Source: an uncultured bacterium (GTDB lineage Bacteria; Zhuqueibacterota; QNDG01; DTFT01). Taken from it: DNA of 64,000 nt. Shown here one piece after another: positions 10,652 to 23,655 of the stretch. A program made the position numbers and the translations under genes. The notes under the pieces are model-generated. The model was not told where the DNA came from. It saw only the letters and a program-made list of their open reading frames with translations, and did no database searches. The stretch covers positions 96,001 through 160,000 of the forward strand of contig CAVTNR010000010.1 of the NCBI GenBank assembly GCA_963736115.1, given 5' to 3'. How positions within the stretch are numbered: position 1 is the stretch's first letter; each line of letters opens with the position of its first letter.

Positions 10652-13042
10652 TCAATGACCGGACTGGAGCAGCCTGACCGCGTACACGGCGCCTGCCGTC
10701 GATCCGGGAGACGCCTGGAATTTCACCCGGACATGCGTTTTCCCCAAAACCATGGAGTCTGGGATGGAATAAACGCAATCCCTGAACAACGACTGGTTCC
10801 ATCTGCCCGTATTATCCTCGGCCACCAATGGCGCGTCGTCTATGAGGATGTCGAACTTCCGGCTGCCCCATTCCGCTCCCCAGTACCGCACCAGCAAAGT
10901 CAAACCGGTTTCCGAACGCGTCGCCAGATCGTAGCTGAAGAAACCGCCGTCCGCCGCATCGCGCCAGAATTCATTCAGATTGTTTCCCGTCCGCGACTTC
11001 TCCTTACGCATGGCATGGTCCGTTTCCGGCTGCTGTTCGCCCGCCGCGACATAATCGATGGTGCGTTTTTCCAGCGCCAGTTTTTCCGCCTCGATCCGCG
11101 CCAGAGAATCCAGGTAGGTTTTATAACCGGCAGGAGTCAGAGCCAGCCAGTACAGCATATACCGGGAGTCATGAATCCCGTAAAACGGCTCCAATTCCAG
11201 GTCCATCGGATTGATCATGTTGACGTTCAGCTTGAAGTGCAGGGGCTTGTCCTGCACCGGCGCCAGCCGATCCGCGATATTCCGGATGTCCTCTTCGATC
11301 AGAATCGGCGCCTGATCCACGGCTAGGAGTTCACCAGCCGCGTACTGCGCCCAGCGGCCGTCATCGGCAATGAGGCCCTTCAAATCCTCGGTTCCGGTCC
11401 TTGCGCCGAGCACGATCGGCCCGTGCATGAATGCGATATACTCCGGAACATGGGGCAGGGGTTCCACGCGATTGCGCATGGGAAGTTCGATCTGAACCGT
11501 GTCTCCTTTTTTCCACTTCCTGCGTATGCCGACATAGGACGACGGAATGGATTCGAATGCCCATTCCTTTCCATTCACCGTCACTTTCAAGGCGGCTTCA
11601 GCCACCCAGCCGGGATACCGGACCGCCAGCGTGAAACGGGATGAACCTTCCATGACCGTGAGTTTCGTCCTTTCCTCGTACGGGAACCGGGTCTCCTGCC
11701 TGATTTTCAGCCCCTTTTCCTTCCAGAGGAGTTCAGACGCGATAAACAGGTTCACAAACAGGGAGTCCTGCGATCGGGTGTAGATGAAGCGGTTGGCCTG
11801 GCCGTGGTTCTCCATGCCTGTGCCGACACAGCACCACATGGCCTCATTCGGCGCGGAATAAACCCTGTAATGACGGGGCCGGCCGGGCGTAAAATAGACG
11901 TATCCGCCGTGTTCCGGGTGCTGGGTCGACAGGATATGATTGAACAATGTCCTCTCGTAATAATCCGCGTAATGGGCGGACGGACGCGACCGGAACAGAT
12001 GCTCCGTCAATTTTAGCATATTGTATGAATTGCACGATTCCGGGCCGTCCACCACATTGACGAAATCGACACAGGCGTCATTGGCGGGAAAGTGCTCCCT
12101 TCTGCTGTTGCCCCCGAAGGCCAGCGACCGGTTCGCCGTGACCGTTTCCCAGAAAAAACGGGCGGCCCTGCCGAATCGGACGTCCGGGTCGAGTTCCGCG
12201 ATTCTCTCGAAACCCGTGAACTTGGGGATTTGCGTGTTGGCATGCTTGTTGTCCAGATTGTCGATTCCCTCCGACAGGGGATCGAGAAGCGCGCGGTGCG
12301 AGAACCGCTTCGCCGCGGCCAGGTATTTGGGGTCGCTGGTCATCTGAAATGCATCCGCGAACATTTCGTTCATGCCGCCGTGCTCCACGCCGAGCATCCG
12401 CTCCATCTGATCGTCGGACAACGCCGAAGTGAGATGGATGCCCCAGCCACAGAACTGTAAAAACATGGCTTTTGCTTCTTCGTTTCCGCAATAGAGCCAG
12501 GCATCCCTCAAACCCGCGAACATCTTGTGCAGGTTGTAAAAGGGCGCCCATGACGAGTAATAAACGCTGAAATCTCCATTCTTGAAGGTGGACCACAGCT
12601 TTTCGCTGTTCGGGAAACCGCCCGCGTACCCGGTTCCCCAGTCCGCGTGATTCGCGGTATGGGCGTCCTGGCACACCTTGAGTTCCGAAAGCATATAGTA
12701 CATGCGTTTTCCGCATTCCGCGTTGCCGGTGGCCGCGAAATTCATGGCCATGGCGGAGAGGTAATGTCCGGCCACATGCCCGTCCAGGCCGTCCCAGTTG
12801 GGATAACATTCGGCCTTTTTGGGCAATCCGGCTTCCTTTCGATAGGGCGCCAGCAGGCGGTCTACATCGTATTGGAGCAGGACCTCGATGTTCAGGTCGC
12901 TGGCCTGCTTGAAGGGCCCGTCCAGAAGCGATACATCCCCCAGCGGGAATTCATTGGGATACAGCCGGGTCTGCGCGTTCAATCCGAACTGCGCCAGAAG
13001 AAACCAGTGAAATGCCATGACGGCGATGGTTCTGTGTTTCAT
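10652..13042 (-). CDS. GH127/GH146 beta-L-arabinofuranosidase with C-terminal beta domain
   Basis: GHVAGHYLSA, EHGGMNE, HANTQIPK, ESCNSYNMLKL, WCCVGTGMEN (Cys-Zn catalytic motifs). Confidence 0.9.
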   Translation of the reverse strand: MKHRTIAVMAFHWFLLAQFGLNAQTRLYPNEFPLGDVSLLDGPFKQASDLNIEVLLQYDVDRLLAPYRKEAGLPKKAECYPNWDGLDGHVAGHYLSAMAMNFAATGNAECGKRMYYMLSELKVCQDAHTANHADWGTGYAGGFPNSEKLWSTFKNGDFSVYYSSWAPFYNLHKMFAGLRDAWLYCGNEEAKAMFLQFCGWGIHLTSALSDDQMERMLGVEHGGMNEMFADAFQMTSDPKYLAAAKRFSHRALLDPLSEGIDNLDNKHANTQIPKFTGFERIAELDPDVRFGRAARFFWETVTANRSLAFGGNSRREHFPANDACVDFVNVVDGPESCNSYNMLKLTEHLFRSRPSAHYADYYERTLFNHILSTQHPEHGGYVYFTPGRPRHYRVYSAPNEAMWCCVGTGMENHGQANRFIYTRSQDSLFVNLFIASELLWKEKGLKIRQETRFPYEERTKLTVMEGSSRFTLAVRYPGWVAEAALKVTVNGKEWAFESIPSSYVGIRRKWKKGDTVQIELPMRNRVEPLPHVPEYIAFMHGPIVLGARTGTEDLKGLIADDGRWAQYAAGELLAVDQAPILIEEDIRNIADRLAPVQDKPLHFKLNVNMINPMDLELEPFYGIHDSRYMLYWLALTPAGYKTYLDSLARIEAEKLALEKRTIDYVAAGEQQPETDHAMRKEKSRTGNNLNEFWRDAADGGFFSYDLATRSETGLTLLVRYWGAEWGSRKFDILIDDAPLVAEDNTGRWNQSLFRDCVYSIPDSMVLGKTHVRVKFQASPGSTAGAVYAVRLLQSGH

Positions 13043-13099
13043 GTCGGTCTCCTCATATAGACGGCTCATCCGCCCGTCAAATCACCGAACTTCAATCCG

Positions 13100-15148
13100 C
13101 TACCGAATCATCTCGATAAACTCGGGTTCATGCGGCGGGATCATGAAATGATCGGAAACCGCCCTGTCGAAGAGTAGGCTTCTGGCCGGCGCAGGCATTC
13201 GAATTTCCTTCGGCTCGGCCGTGCAATTCAGGTACAAAACATGTTTGGCGTCGATACGCCTGGCCATGACGCCCGCGGGCGTGTCCGGCCCTTTTTTAAG
13301 CGAAAGCGCTTCGATCAAATCGTCCAGCAGGGGGCTCAGGATCTCGCCTCTCGCGGGCAGTCCGAGATAGACAGCCCTGCCCTTGCCGTACCGGTGGGAT
13401 GTGATCACCGGGACATCCTGATCCAGACTGGTGATATGCCCGATGACTTCCGCGCCTTTCGGTTCGATGACGTCGACCCTCGGCGATTCGGATTCCAGAT
13501 CCTCTCCCCGGTAACGCACCCGGATCTTCTTTCCTTTATAGGAGAGCCGTGAAAGTTCGTTCATGCTCTCGACCTCTTCGAATGCCCCGATCCGCACGCC
13601 GAAGACATCCTCCAGGAGTCCGGGACGGGAAGAGGCAAACACGCGGCTGGTCGTATCCACGAACGCCGAGTAAGCGGTCATGACCGCGGTTCCGCCCTTT
13701 TTCACGAAATCGCGGATTTTTCCCGCGGTTTCAGGGTCCATGACGGTGACGCCGGGAATGATCAGCAGTTTGTAGTCCAGATCGCTCCTGCGGATGTCCA
13801 CCATCCGGACGTCCATGTTGCGCTCGTAAAACTGCCGGAAGCAGGTTCCCGCCTGGCTCTCATGCGGTTCCGGAAAGGAAGCGCTGACGATCTGGCTCGG
13901 AAACGAAAACGCCAGACCCGCCTCCGGACGCGGTTTGTACGGTAAAAACTTTTCGATCTTCTTGAATTCCTCTGCGATCTTCCGGTACTCATCGTATTTG
14001 CGGTTCGGGATGCCGTCCCAGTCGACCAGTCCCTGCAGGTACTGTTCCTCTCCGCTGAGCATGCTTTGCCAGGTCCATCCGCAGACCATCTGGTTGCCGA
14101 ACATCAGGGAGGCGAACGCCTGCTTCCGGCAGGATCCTGGAACCGCGGTCATGGTCGTGAATTCATTGCACCAGAAGGGATTTTCGCTCTCGTACTGTAT
14201 GCGGACGATGCCGAAAGACGCCCAAAGGATCCCCTCGTTGTTGAGCAGGGACGTGCCTGCGTAGAATCCGTTTCCCTCCCGGGTCATCAGGCCTGAATAG
14301 GCGATGGGCGCATAGTCGAAATATTTCATCTGGCTGTAATACCAGGCATTCGTGGTGATCAGGGCGCCGGGCGCCTCCGCGTTCACCTTGCGGATGACGC
14401 TGAAAAGCAGTTGGTTGATTTCATCCGAAACGAATCGCCTGAAATCGAGCATCCGTTCGGGGACGTCGTTGTAATGGGCGGACACCGGGAAACCGACTTC
14501 CTCGAACTCGTTGATGCGTCTGGACCATCGCTGGGTCGCCCAGGCTTCGTTCAAACGCCCGACCGTGGCGTATTTCCGCTTCAGCCAGCCGATGAATCGC
14601 TGCCGGGCTGTTTCGGAATAGGAAATGCGGCCGTCGCCCGATTCGTTGTCGATTCCGAAGGCCAGCAGTGCCGGATGCCCGGCGTAGCGTCTCGCGATCG
14701 TTTCGGCGAAACGCAGGGCGTATCGCTGATAATCCGGATCCCCGACATCCTCCATGTACCTGTGATTCGGGTACTGCGGGTCGCCGTTCGAGTCCACAAT
14801 GCCGATGGAGGGATATCGGTGATGCAGCCAGATCGGGGCCGGCCGTATGGCGATGTCCAGAACAACCTTGATTCCGGCCTCGTTCATCCGGTCCATCACC
14901 TGATCGAACCATTCGAAGTCGAACCGCCCCTCGGACGGCTCGACACTGTCCCAAGCCAGGTGTCCCATGCGGACGACCTTGAATCCGGCCTCCCGCATGA
15001 GTTGAATGTCGGCCGCGATTTTGACGGGATCCTTGTCGTCGTGCGGGTGATAATTGACGCCGACGTACAGTTCCTGGCCGCTCAGCCGGGAGCCGGTCAG
15101 GAACAGGATCGCCGCTGAAAACAGAACGTGCCGCATCCGGTTCTTCAA
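13100..15148 (-). CDS. GH42-like beta-galactosidase with signal peptide
   Basis: GVNYHP, VRMGHLAWDSVEPSEGRFDFEWFD, IDNE, LNEAWATQRWS, GEEQYLQG, trimerisation-type domain; TTG start after GAGGAGG RBS. Confidence 0.85.
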   Translation of the reverse strand: MKNRMRHVLFSAAILFLTGSRLSGQELYVGVNYHPHDDKDPVKIAADIQLMREAGFKVVRMGHLAWDSVEPSEGRFDFEWFDQVMDRMNEAGIKVVLDIAIRPAPIWLHHRYPSIGIVDSNGDPQYPNHRYMEDVGDPDYQRYALRFAETIARRYAGHPALLAFGIDNESGDGRISYSETARQRFIGWLKRKYATVGRLNEAWATQRWSRRINEFEEVGFPVSAHYNDVPERMLDFRRFVSDEINQLLFSVIRKVNAEAPGALITTNAWYYSQMKYFDYAPIAYSGLMTREGNGFYAGTSLLNNEGILWASFGIVRIQYESENPFWCNEFTTMTAVPGSCRKQAFASLMFGNQMVCGWTWQSMLSGEEQYLQGLVDWDGIPNRKYDEYRKIAEEFKKIEKFLPYKPRPEAGLAFSFPSQIVSASFPEPHESQAGTCFRQFYERNMDVRMVDIRRSDLDYKLLIIPGVTVMDPETAGKIRDFVKKGGTAVMTAYSAFVDTTSRVFASSRPGLLEDVFGVRIGAFEEVESMNELSRLSYKGKKIRVRYRGEDLESESPRVDVIEPKGAEVIGHITSLDQDVPVITSHRYGKGRAVYLGLPARGEILSPLLDDLIEALSLKKGPDTPAGVMARRIDAKHVLYLNCTAEPKEIRMPAPARSLLFDRAVSDHFMIPPHEPEFIEMIR

Positions 15149-15168
15149 TCTGAACCTCCTCTGTTCCG

Positions 15169-18381
<3,213 letters not shown>

Positions 18382-18450
18382 TCATTCTGCCGGAATCCAA
18401 CTCACCGCCGTCCCATTATCAGAATCCGGGATGACGCACCGGCGGAATGT

Positions 18451-21070
18451 TCACCGAACCGCGACCCGGACGGTTTTCAGGCTATTCCCGTCCGAGCTGG
18501 TGCCGTACCGGATTTCGTACTCCCCGGGCGTGACGGTCATTTGCCGTCCGGCCCTGTCGTAGAACTCGAACGCCCGGTACGGCAGTTGGATGACGGCCGC
18601 GCCCTTCTTTCCGGCTTTCACTTCAACCCGTTGAAAACCCCTCAGCGTTTTCAGCGGTCCGTCCGCGTCGCCCGTCTTCCGCACATAGACCTGGACGATT
18701 TCGGTTCCGTCCCTTTTGCCGGTATTGGACACGGGCACCGACAGCTCGAGCGTCTCCCCGGTGCCGAGCGTGGTCCTGTCGACTTTCGCGTCTCCGATCG
18801 AAAACTGTGTATAGCTCAAACCGAACCCGAACGGAAAAAGGGCGTCGGACATGAACCGGTAGGTGCGGCCCTTCATGGAATAGTCCTCGAAATCCGGAAG
18901 CTGGTCCGAGCGCTTGTAGAAAGTGACGGGCAGTTTGCCCGAGGGGTTGATGTCTCCGAATAGCGCGTCCGCCACGGCCTGTCCGCCTGATTCGCCCGGG
19001 TACCACGCCTGGAGGATGGCGTCGCAGGTCTCCGTCTCCGGCGTCAGTGCGATGGCGGAACCGGAGCAATTGACGAAAACGACCTTCTTTCCCGCCTGCT
19101 TGAGCGCCTTCAGGCAGTTGCGCTGAACCGCGGGAAGCTCGATGTCGGTCCGGTCTCCGCCCTTGAAACCCGGGAGCGTCACGGGCATTTCCTCGCCTTC
19201 CAGCAGAGAGGACAGTCCGCCGACGAACACAACCACGTCCGTGCCGCTGATTTTCCGGAGCAACCCCGAAAAATCCACGTCGACTTCCCTGCCGAAATTC
19301 AATTCGATGTTGGCCTGCCAGTTGAAAAGCTGGGCGTACCGGATCTCGATTTTATATGTCTTGCCGGCCTCGAAACGGTAAGGCATTCTCGCCGGAAGCG
19401 TGCGCCAGGTGTCATAACGCGACAGGGACTGGCCGTTGATCAGCAGTTCGAAATGCCCGGTCGCGCCGCCCTTGAACACGAGTTCCTCGTCCGCGGCGGG
19501 CGTGAATTCCGTTTCATACCGGGCCGAAAAACCCTCGAGCCTTACGCCGGGCGCGAATTCGTGGTTTCCGGCAGTGGTCATCTTCATCGGATTGACGATC
19601 CACTGGGTGACGACGCTGTCGCCCTTCCATTCGGGATTGTTCCAGTACGTGGCCCTGAAACCCTTCTGTCCGCCCAGTCCGCATCGGGTGAAAAAGGGTT
19701 CCGTCACCTTGTCGTCCACCAGGTCGCATGCCTTGTCAAACAGGATGCGGTCGGCCGGCAGTTTCGAGGCGATGCCGTCGAGCACCGTGATCGTCCGGAC
19801 CGGCGTCCCGTTGTAATTGCCCCACAGCACGGGCTCGTCGTCCGCGTTCGGGCCGATGACCGCCAGCCCGCGGATGGACTTCTTCAGCGGCAGAATACCG
19901 CCCTTGTTCTGCAGCAGGGTCATGGTTTCACGCGCCATGTCCAGGGCCAGCTGACGGTGCGCCTCGCAGTTCACGATCGACATCGGAATACGCGACCAGG
20001 GGACGATCGCGTCGTCGTCCATCTCGCCCAGTTCGAACCGGCCCGTCAGAACGCGCGTCAGGCTGGCGTCGACGTCCTCTTCGAGGACCAGGCCCTTCGC
20101 GACGGCTTCGGGCAGCGTCTGGTAGGGATAGTTCTCCCAGACGCACTCCAGGTCCGTGCCCGCCAGAAGACCCTTGGATGCCGCGTGCATCGGGCTGGAG
20201 GAAACCTTGTGGCTGTTGAAGAAATCCGTGATGGCCCCGCAGTCGGAACCGACGACGTGCTTGAAGCCCCATTCCTCCCTCAGGATTCTCCTCAGCAGAC
20301 GGGTGTTGCCGCAGCAGGGCTCGTCGTCCAGGCGCTGGTACGCGCACATCACCTGGCGCACGTCCGCCTCCCGGACCAGGGCTTTGAATGCCGGCAGATA
20401 GGTTTCCCTGAGGTCGCGCGGATCGACGTTGTTGAGGTTGAGCGAATGACGGCTCCACTCGGGGCCGGAATGCACCGCGTAATGCTTGGCGCAGGCCAGG
20501 AGTTTCCGGTACCGGGCGTCCGGCGGGCCCTGCAGGCCCTTCACCACGGCGACGCCCATGCGGGACATCAGGTAGGGGTCCTCTCCGTAGGTTTCCTGCC
20601 CGCGGCCCCAGCGCGGGTCGCGGAAGATGTTCACGTTCGGCGTCCAGACCGAAAGACTCATGAACCTGCGGTTTTCCAGGCCCCTCCTCTTCTCGTCATG
20701 GTACTTGGCGCGGGTCTCGTCCGAAACGGCGTCGAAAATCCGGTATACCAGGCCGTCGTCGAACGAAGCGGCCATGGCGACCGGTTCCGGAAAAACCGTG
20801 ACGTCTCCGTTATTGGCGAGACCGTGCAATGCCTCGGACCACCAGTTGAACTTGCGGATGCCCAGCCTCGGAACGGCCTCGGACACGTCGCACAGCAGGG
20901 AGGCTTTCTCGGTCAGGGTCAGGCGGGAAACAAGGTCCCGGGCACGCGCTTCGGAGGACAGATCGGGGTTCTGATACGGGTAAGTCTGGGCCTGCGACGC
21001 AGCGGCGATCCAGACACACCGCGGCCGGGAGGATTCCCTTGCGGAGGATGCGGAGCATGATCGATTTCAT
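18451..21070 (-). CDS. GH3 beta-xylosidase/glucosidase (Xyl3A-type, PA14 insert, Fn3), copy 1; apparent +1 frameshift at 21010-21011 in the signal peptide
   Basis: WWSEALHG, NIFRDPRWGRGQETYGEDP, KHYAVHSGPE, SDCGA, LEGEEMP; removing one base joins MKSIML...VCL to IAAASQAQTYPYQNPDL. Confidence 0.9.
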
Positions 21071-21166
21071 CGGTTGGACTCCTTTTTGGGGACAACCCTG
21101 GGCGCGGCTGAACCGGGCCCTGGACTCGTTTATTTCCGTCATCCGGGACGAATGCGGACCCGGGGA

Positions 21167-23584
21167 TTACAGCCGCACGACGGTTTTCCTGCCGGAGTAT
21201 TTCACGGTTTTCGCGTCCTTTCCCGACTCTTCCGTTCCGATGCCGGCTCCCTTCCCGACCCGCACGACGCGGAACGTACGCGTTTCGAGCATTCCGGGAT
21301 AGCGGCCCTTGCGGGCCCCGATGGTCAGTGTGCCCGCGGTATCGTCCCAGCGGAACGGGATTTCCGTGTACAGACCCTTTTCGTAATTGTAATTGTCGTT
21401 CTCGTCTTCGTACAGGGTGAACCCGCCGTCCGCGCCCGGGTACACCCGTATTTCGAGATCGTCCCATTTTTTCTCTGTCGCGTACTGCACATCCGGCCCG
21501 ACTGGCAGAATGGCGCCGGACCGGACGAACAGGGGAATGATGTCGATCGGGGTTTCTTTCATAACGGTCCGGCCGCCCGTGGATGTCTCTCCGGTCCAGA
21601 AATCGATCCAGTTTGTTCCTCCGGGAAGATAAAGCGAGTCGCTTCGGATCGCGCTGAAATCCTCGACGCGGGTCGTATCCTTTCCGTCGGAGCGTAGCGC
21701 CGAATACATCGGCCGGGTCACCGGACAGACAAGAAGCGATTTCCCGAACAGGTACTCATCGTTGATGTCGAGCGCCCGCGTGTCCCCGGGAAAATCCATC
21801 ATCAGGGCGCGCATCAGGGTCGATTGGCGTGCCGTCACATCCCATGAGGCCGAATAGATGTAGGGCAGCAGCCTGTAGCGCAGGCGGATGCTATTCTCGA
21901 CCGCGTCATACACACGGTCGCCTTTGCGGCCGAATTGCCAGATCTCGCGGGGCGCGTCCGTGCCGTGCGACCGCATCATGGGGCAGAAGGCCCCGAATTG
22001 CATCCATCGGGCGTAGAGCTCCCGGTAATCGGGATCCTCGAGCCGTTTCGGGAAATTCCAGAGAAAGAACCCGCCGATGTCGCTGTTCCAGTGGGGGATG
22101 CCGCACAGCGAGAAATTCAGGCCCGCGGAAATCTGGTTCCGGAGCGCGTCCCATGAGGCGACCACGTCGCCGGACCAGGTGTTGGCGGCGTACCGCTGCT
22201 GGCCGGCGAATGCCGAGCGGGTCAGGATGAAAACGCGCTTGTCCGAAGTCACGGAACGCTGATGGTCGTAAACGCCCCCCACGGCCGCAAGGGGAAAGGC
22301 GTTCCGCACGCTCCGGAACGAACCGAGGAAGGTGCGGTTGTCGAAATCCGAGGGTTTGAACTGCAGGTGGTCCGGATCCGTGGAATCCATCCACCATCCG
22401 TCCATTCCGGTCGAGAAAACGCCCTGGTTCAGATATTTCCAGTAGATGTCGCGGCACGCGGGGTGGAAGGGGTCGTAGACGCGGACCCCGGAGGGATACT
22501 CCAGGTTCGGCGGCCATTTTTCCGAGCCGGACTCCGGCCACGTCCAGAAATCCATGAGGCCGCCGATTTTCTCCATTTCCCGATAGGGCTTGGTCTGGGG
22601 CCCGAAGGAGCTCCAGATGGAGATGATGACGTGCGCACTCAGGCCGTGGATGTCGTCCACCATCCGTTTCGGATCCGGGAATTCCGGGTTCAGGAATTCC
22701 ATGGCGTTCCACAGGTAATTGTTGCCCCAGTACTGCCAGTCCTGGATGATGCCGTCCAACGGAACGCCGAGATCGCGGTATTTCCGGACCACGCCGACCA
22801 GTTCGTCCTGGCTCCTGTACCGCTCCTTGCTCTGCCAGTATCCGTACGTCCACAGGGGGAACATCGGCGCCTGGCCGGTCAGTTCGCGCATGGCCGCGAT
22901 CACGCCGTCCGCGCTGCCGCCGTTCATGAAGTAATAGTCGATGCCCTCCCCCACCTCGGAGCGGAAGGACGTCTCCGCGGGCCCGTCCTCGAACACCGTG
23001 GGCGAGGGGTTGTCCCAGTACACGCCGTATCCCCTCACCGACAGGAAGAACGGAACGAAGTCCTCGGTGTTGTTCTGCACCATGTGCAGCTTCAGGTTCC
23101 TCTGGACCATTCGTCCCTGCTGCTGCTGGCCCAGGCCGTAAATGGGCTCGTCCTTTCCGAGCACGAAGGACTGGCTGACGCGGAGCGTCTTCCGGCCCGC
23201 ATCGTCGAAATCCTCGAACGCGGCGCCGGAGGGCTTCTCCCGGAAAAGCGGTCCGCCCGCCGCGTCCTGAAAGGAGACCGTTCCGTCCCCGAGGTCGAGC
23301 CGCACCTGCAGGTTTTCGCTCCGCACCGAAACCTGCTGGTCGTCCCTCCGGACCCGGAGGGGCGTCTCTTCCGGCTCCCGGATCACGGAAAAACTCCTGG
23401 AGGAGAAAACCCGGCCTGCCGGCGTTTTTACGACACGAACCGTGGACGGATCGACAAACCGGATCTCCACGTCCATGGAAGCCACCGTGGCCTGGATGCC
23501 GGCCGCGGTTTCGGTGTAGGTGCCCGTTTGTGCGGCCGCGGCCGCAGCCGCGAGCAGCAGGATTGCCGGAATTCGCTTGTGCAT
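21167..23584 (-). CDS. GH31 alpha-xylosidase
   Basis: GYWQSKERY, IIQDWQYW, GWWMDSTDP (nucleophile), WSGD, WNSDIGGF, MMRSHG, FTLYEDENDNYNYEKG. Confidence 0.92.
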   Translation of the reverse strand: MHKRIPAILLLAAAAAAAQTGTYTETAAGIQATVASMDVEIRFVDPSTVRVVKTPAGRVFSSRSFSVIREPEETPLRVRRDDQQVSVRSENLQVRLDLGDGTVSFQDAAGGPLFREKPSGAAFEDFDDAGRKTLRVSQSFVLGKDEPIYGLGQQQQGRMVQRNLKLHMVQNNTEDFVPFFLSVRGYGVYWDNPSPTVFEDGPAETSFRSEVGEGIDYYFMNGGSADGVIAAMRELTGQAPMFPLWTYGYWQSKERYRSQDELVGVVRKYRDLGVPLDGIIQDWQYWGNNYLWNAMEFLNPEFPDPKRMVDDIHGLSAHVIISIWSSFGPQTKPYREMEKIGGLMDFWTWPESGSEKWPPNLEYPSGVRVYDPFHPACRDIYWKYLNQGVFSTGMDGWWMDSTDPDHLQFKPSDFDNRTFLGSFRSVRNAFPLAAVGGVYDHQRSVTSDKRVFILTRSAFAGQQRYAANTWSGDVVASWDALRNQISAGLNFSLCGIPHWNSDIGGFFLWNFPKRLEDPDYRELYARWMQFGAFCPMMRSHGTDAPREIWQFGRKGDRVYDAVENSIRLRYRLLPYIYSASWDVTARQSTLMRALMMDFPGDTRALDINDEYLFGKSLLVCPVTRPMYSALRSDGKDTTRVEDFSAIRSDSLYLPGGTNWIDFWTGETSTGGRTVMKETPIDIIPLFVRSGAILPVGPDVQYATEKKWDDLEIRVYPGADGGFTLYEDENDNYNYEKGLYTEIPFRWDDTAGTLTIGARKGRYPGMLETRTFRVVRVGKGAGIGTEESGKDAKTVKYSGRKTVVRL

Positions 23585-23655
23585 GGCGTCATCCCCGATA
23601 AAGGTTCGGACACCGGATCAGGCCGCGGTCCGCGGGACTCCGATCCGGGTTCGGC

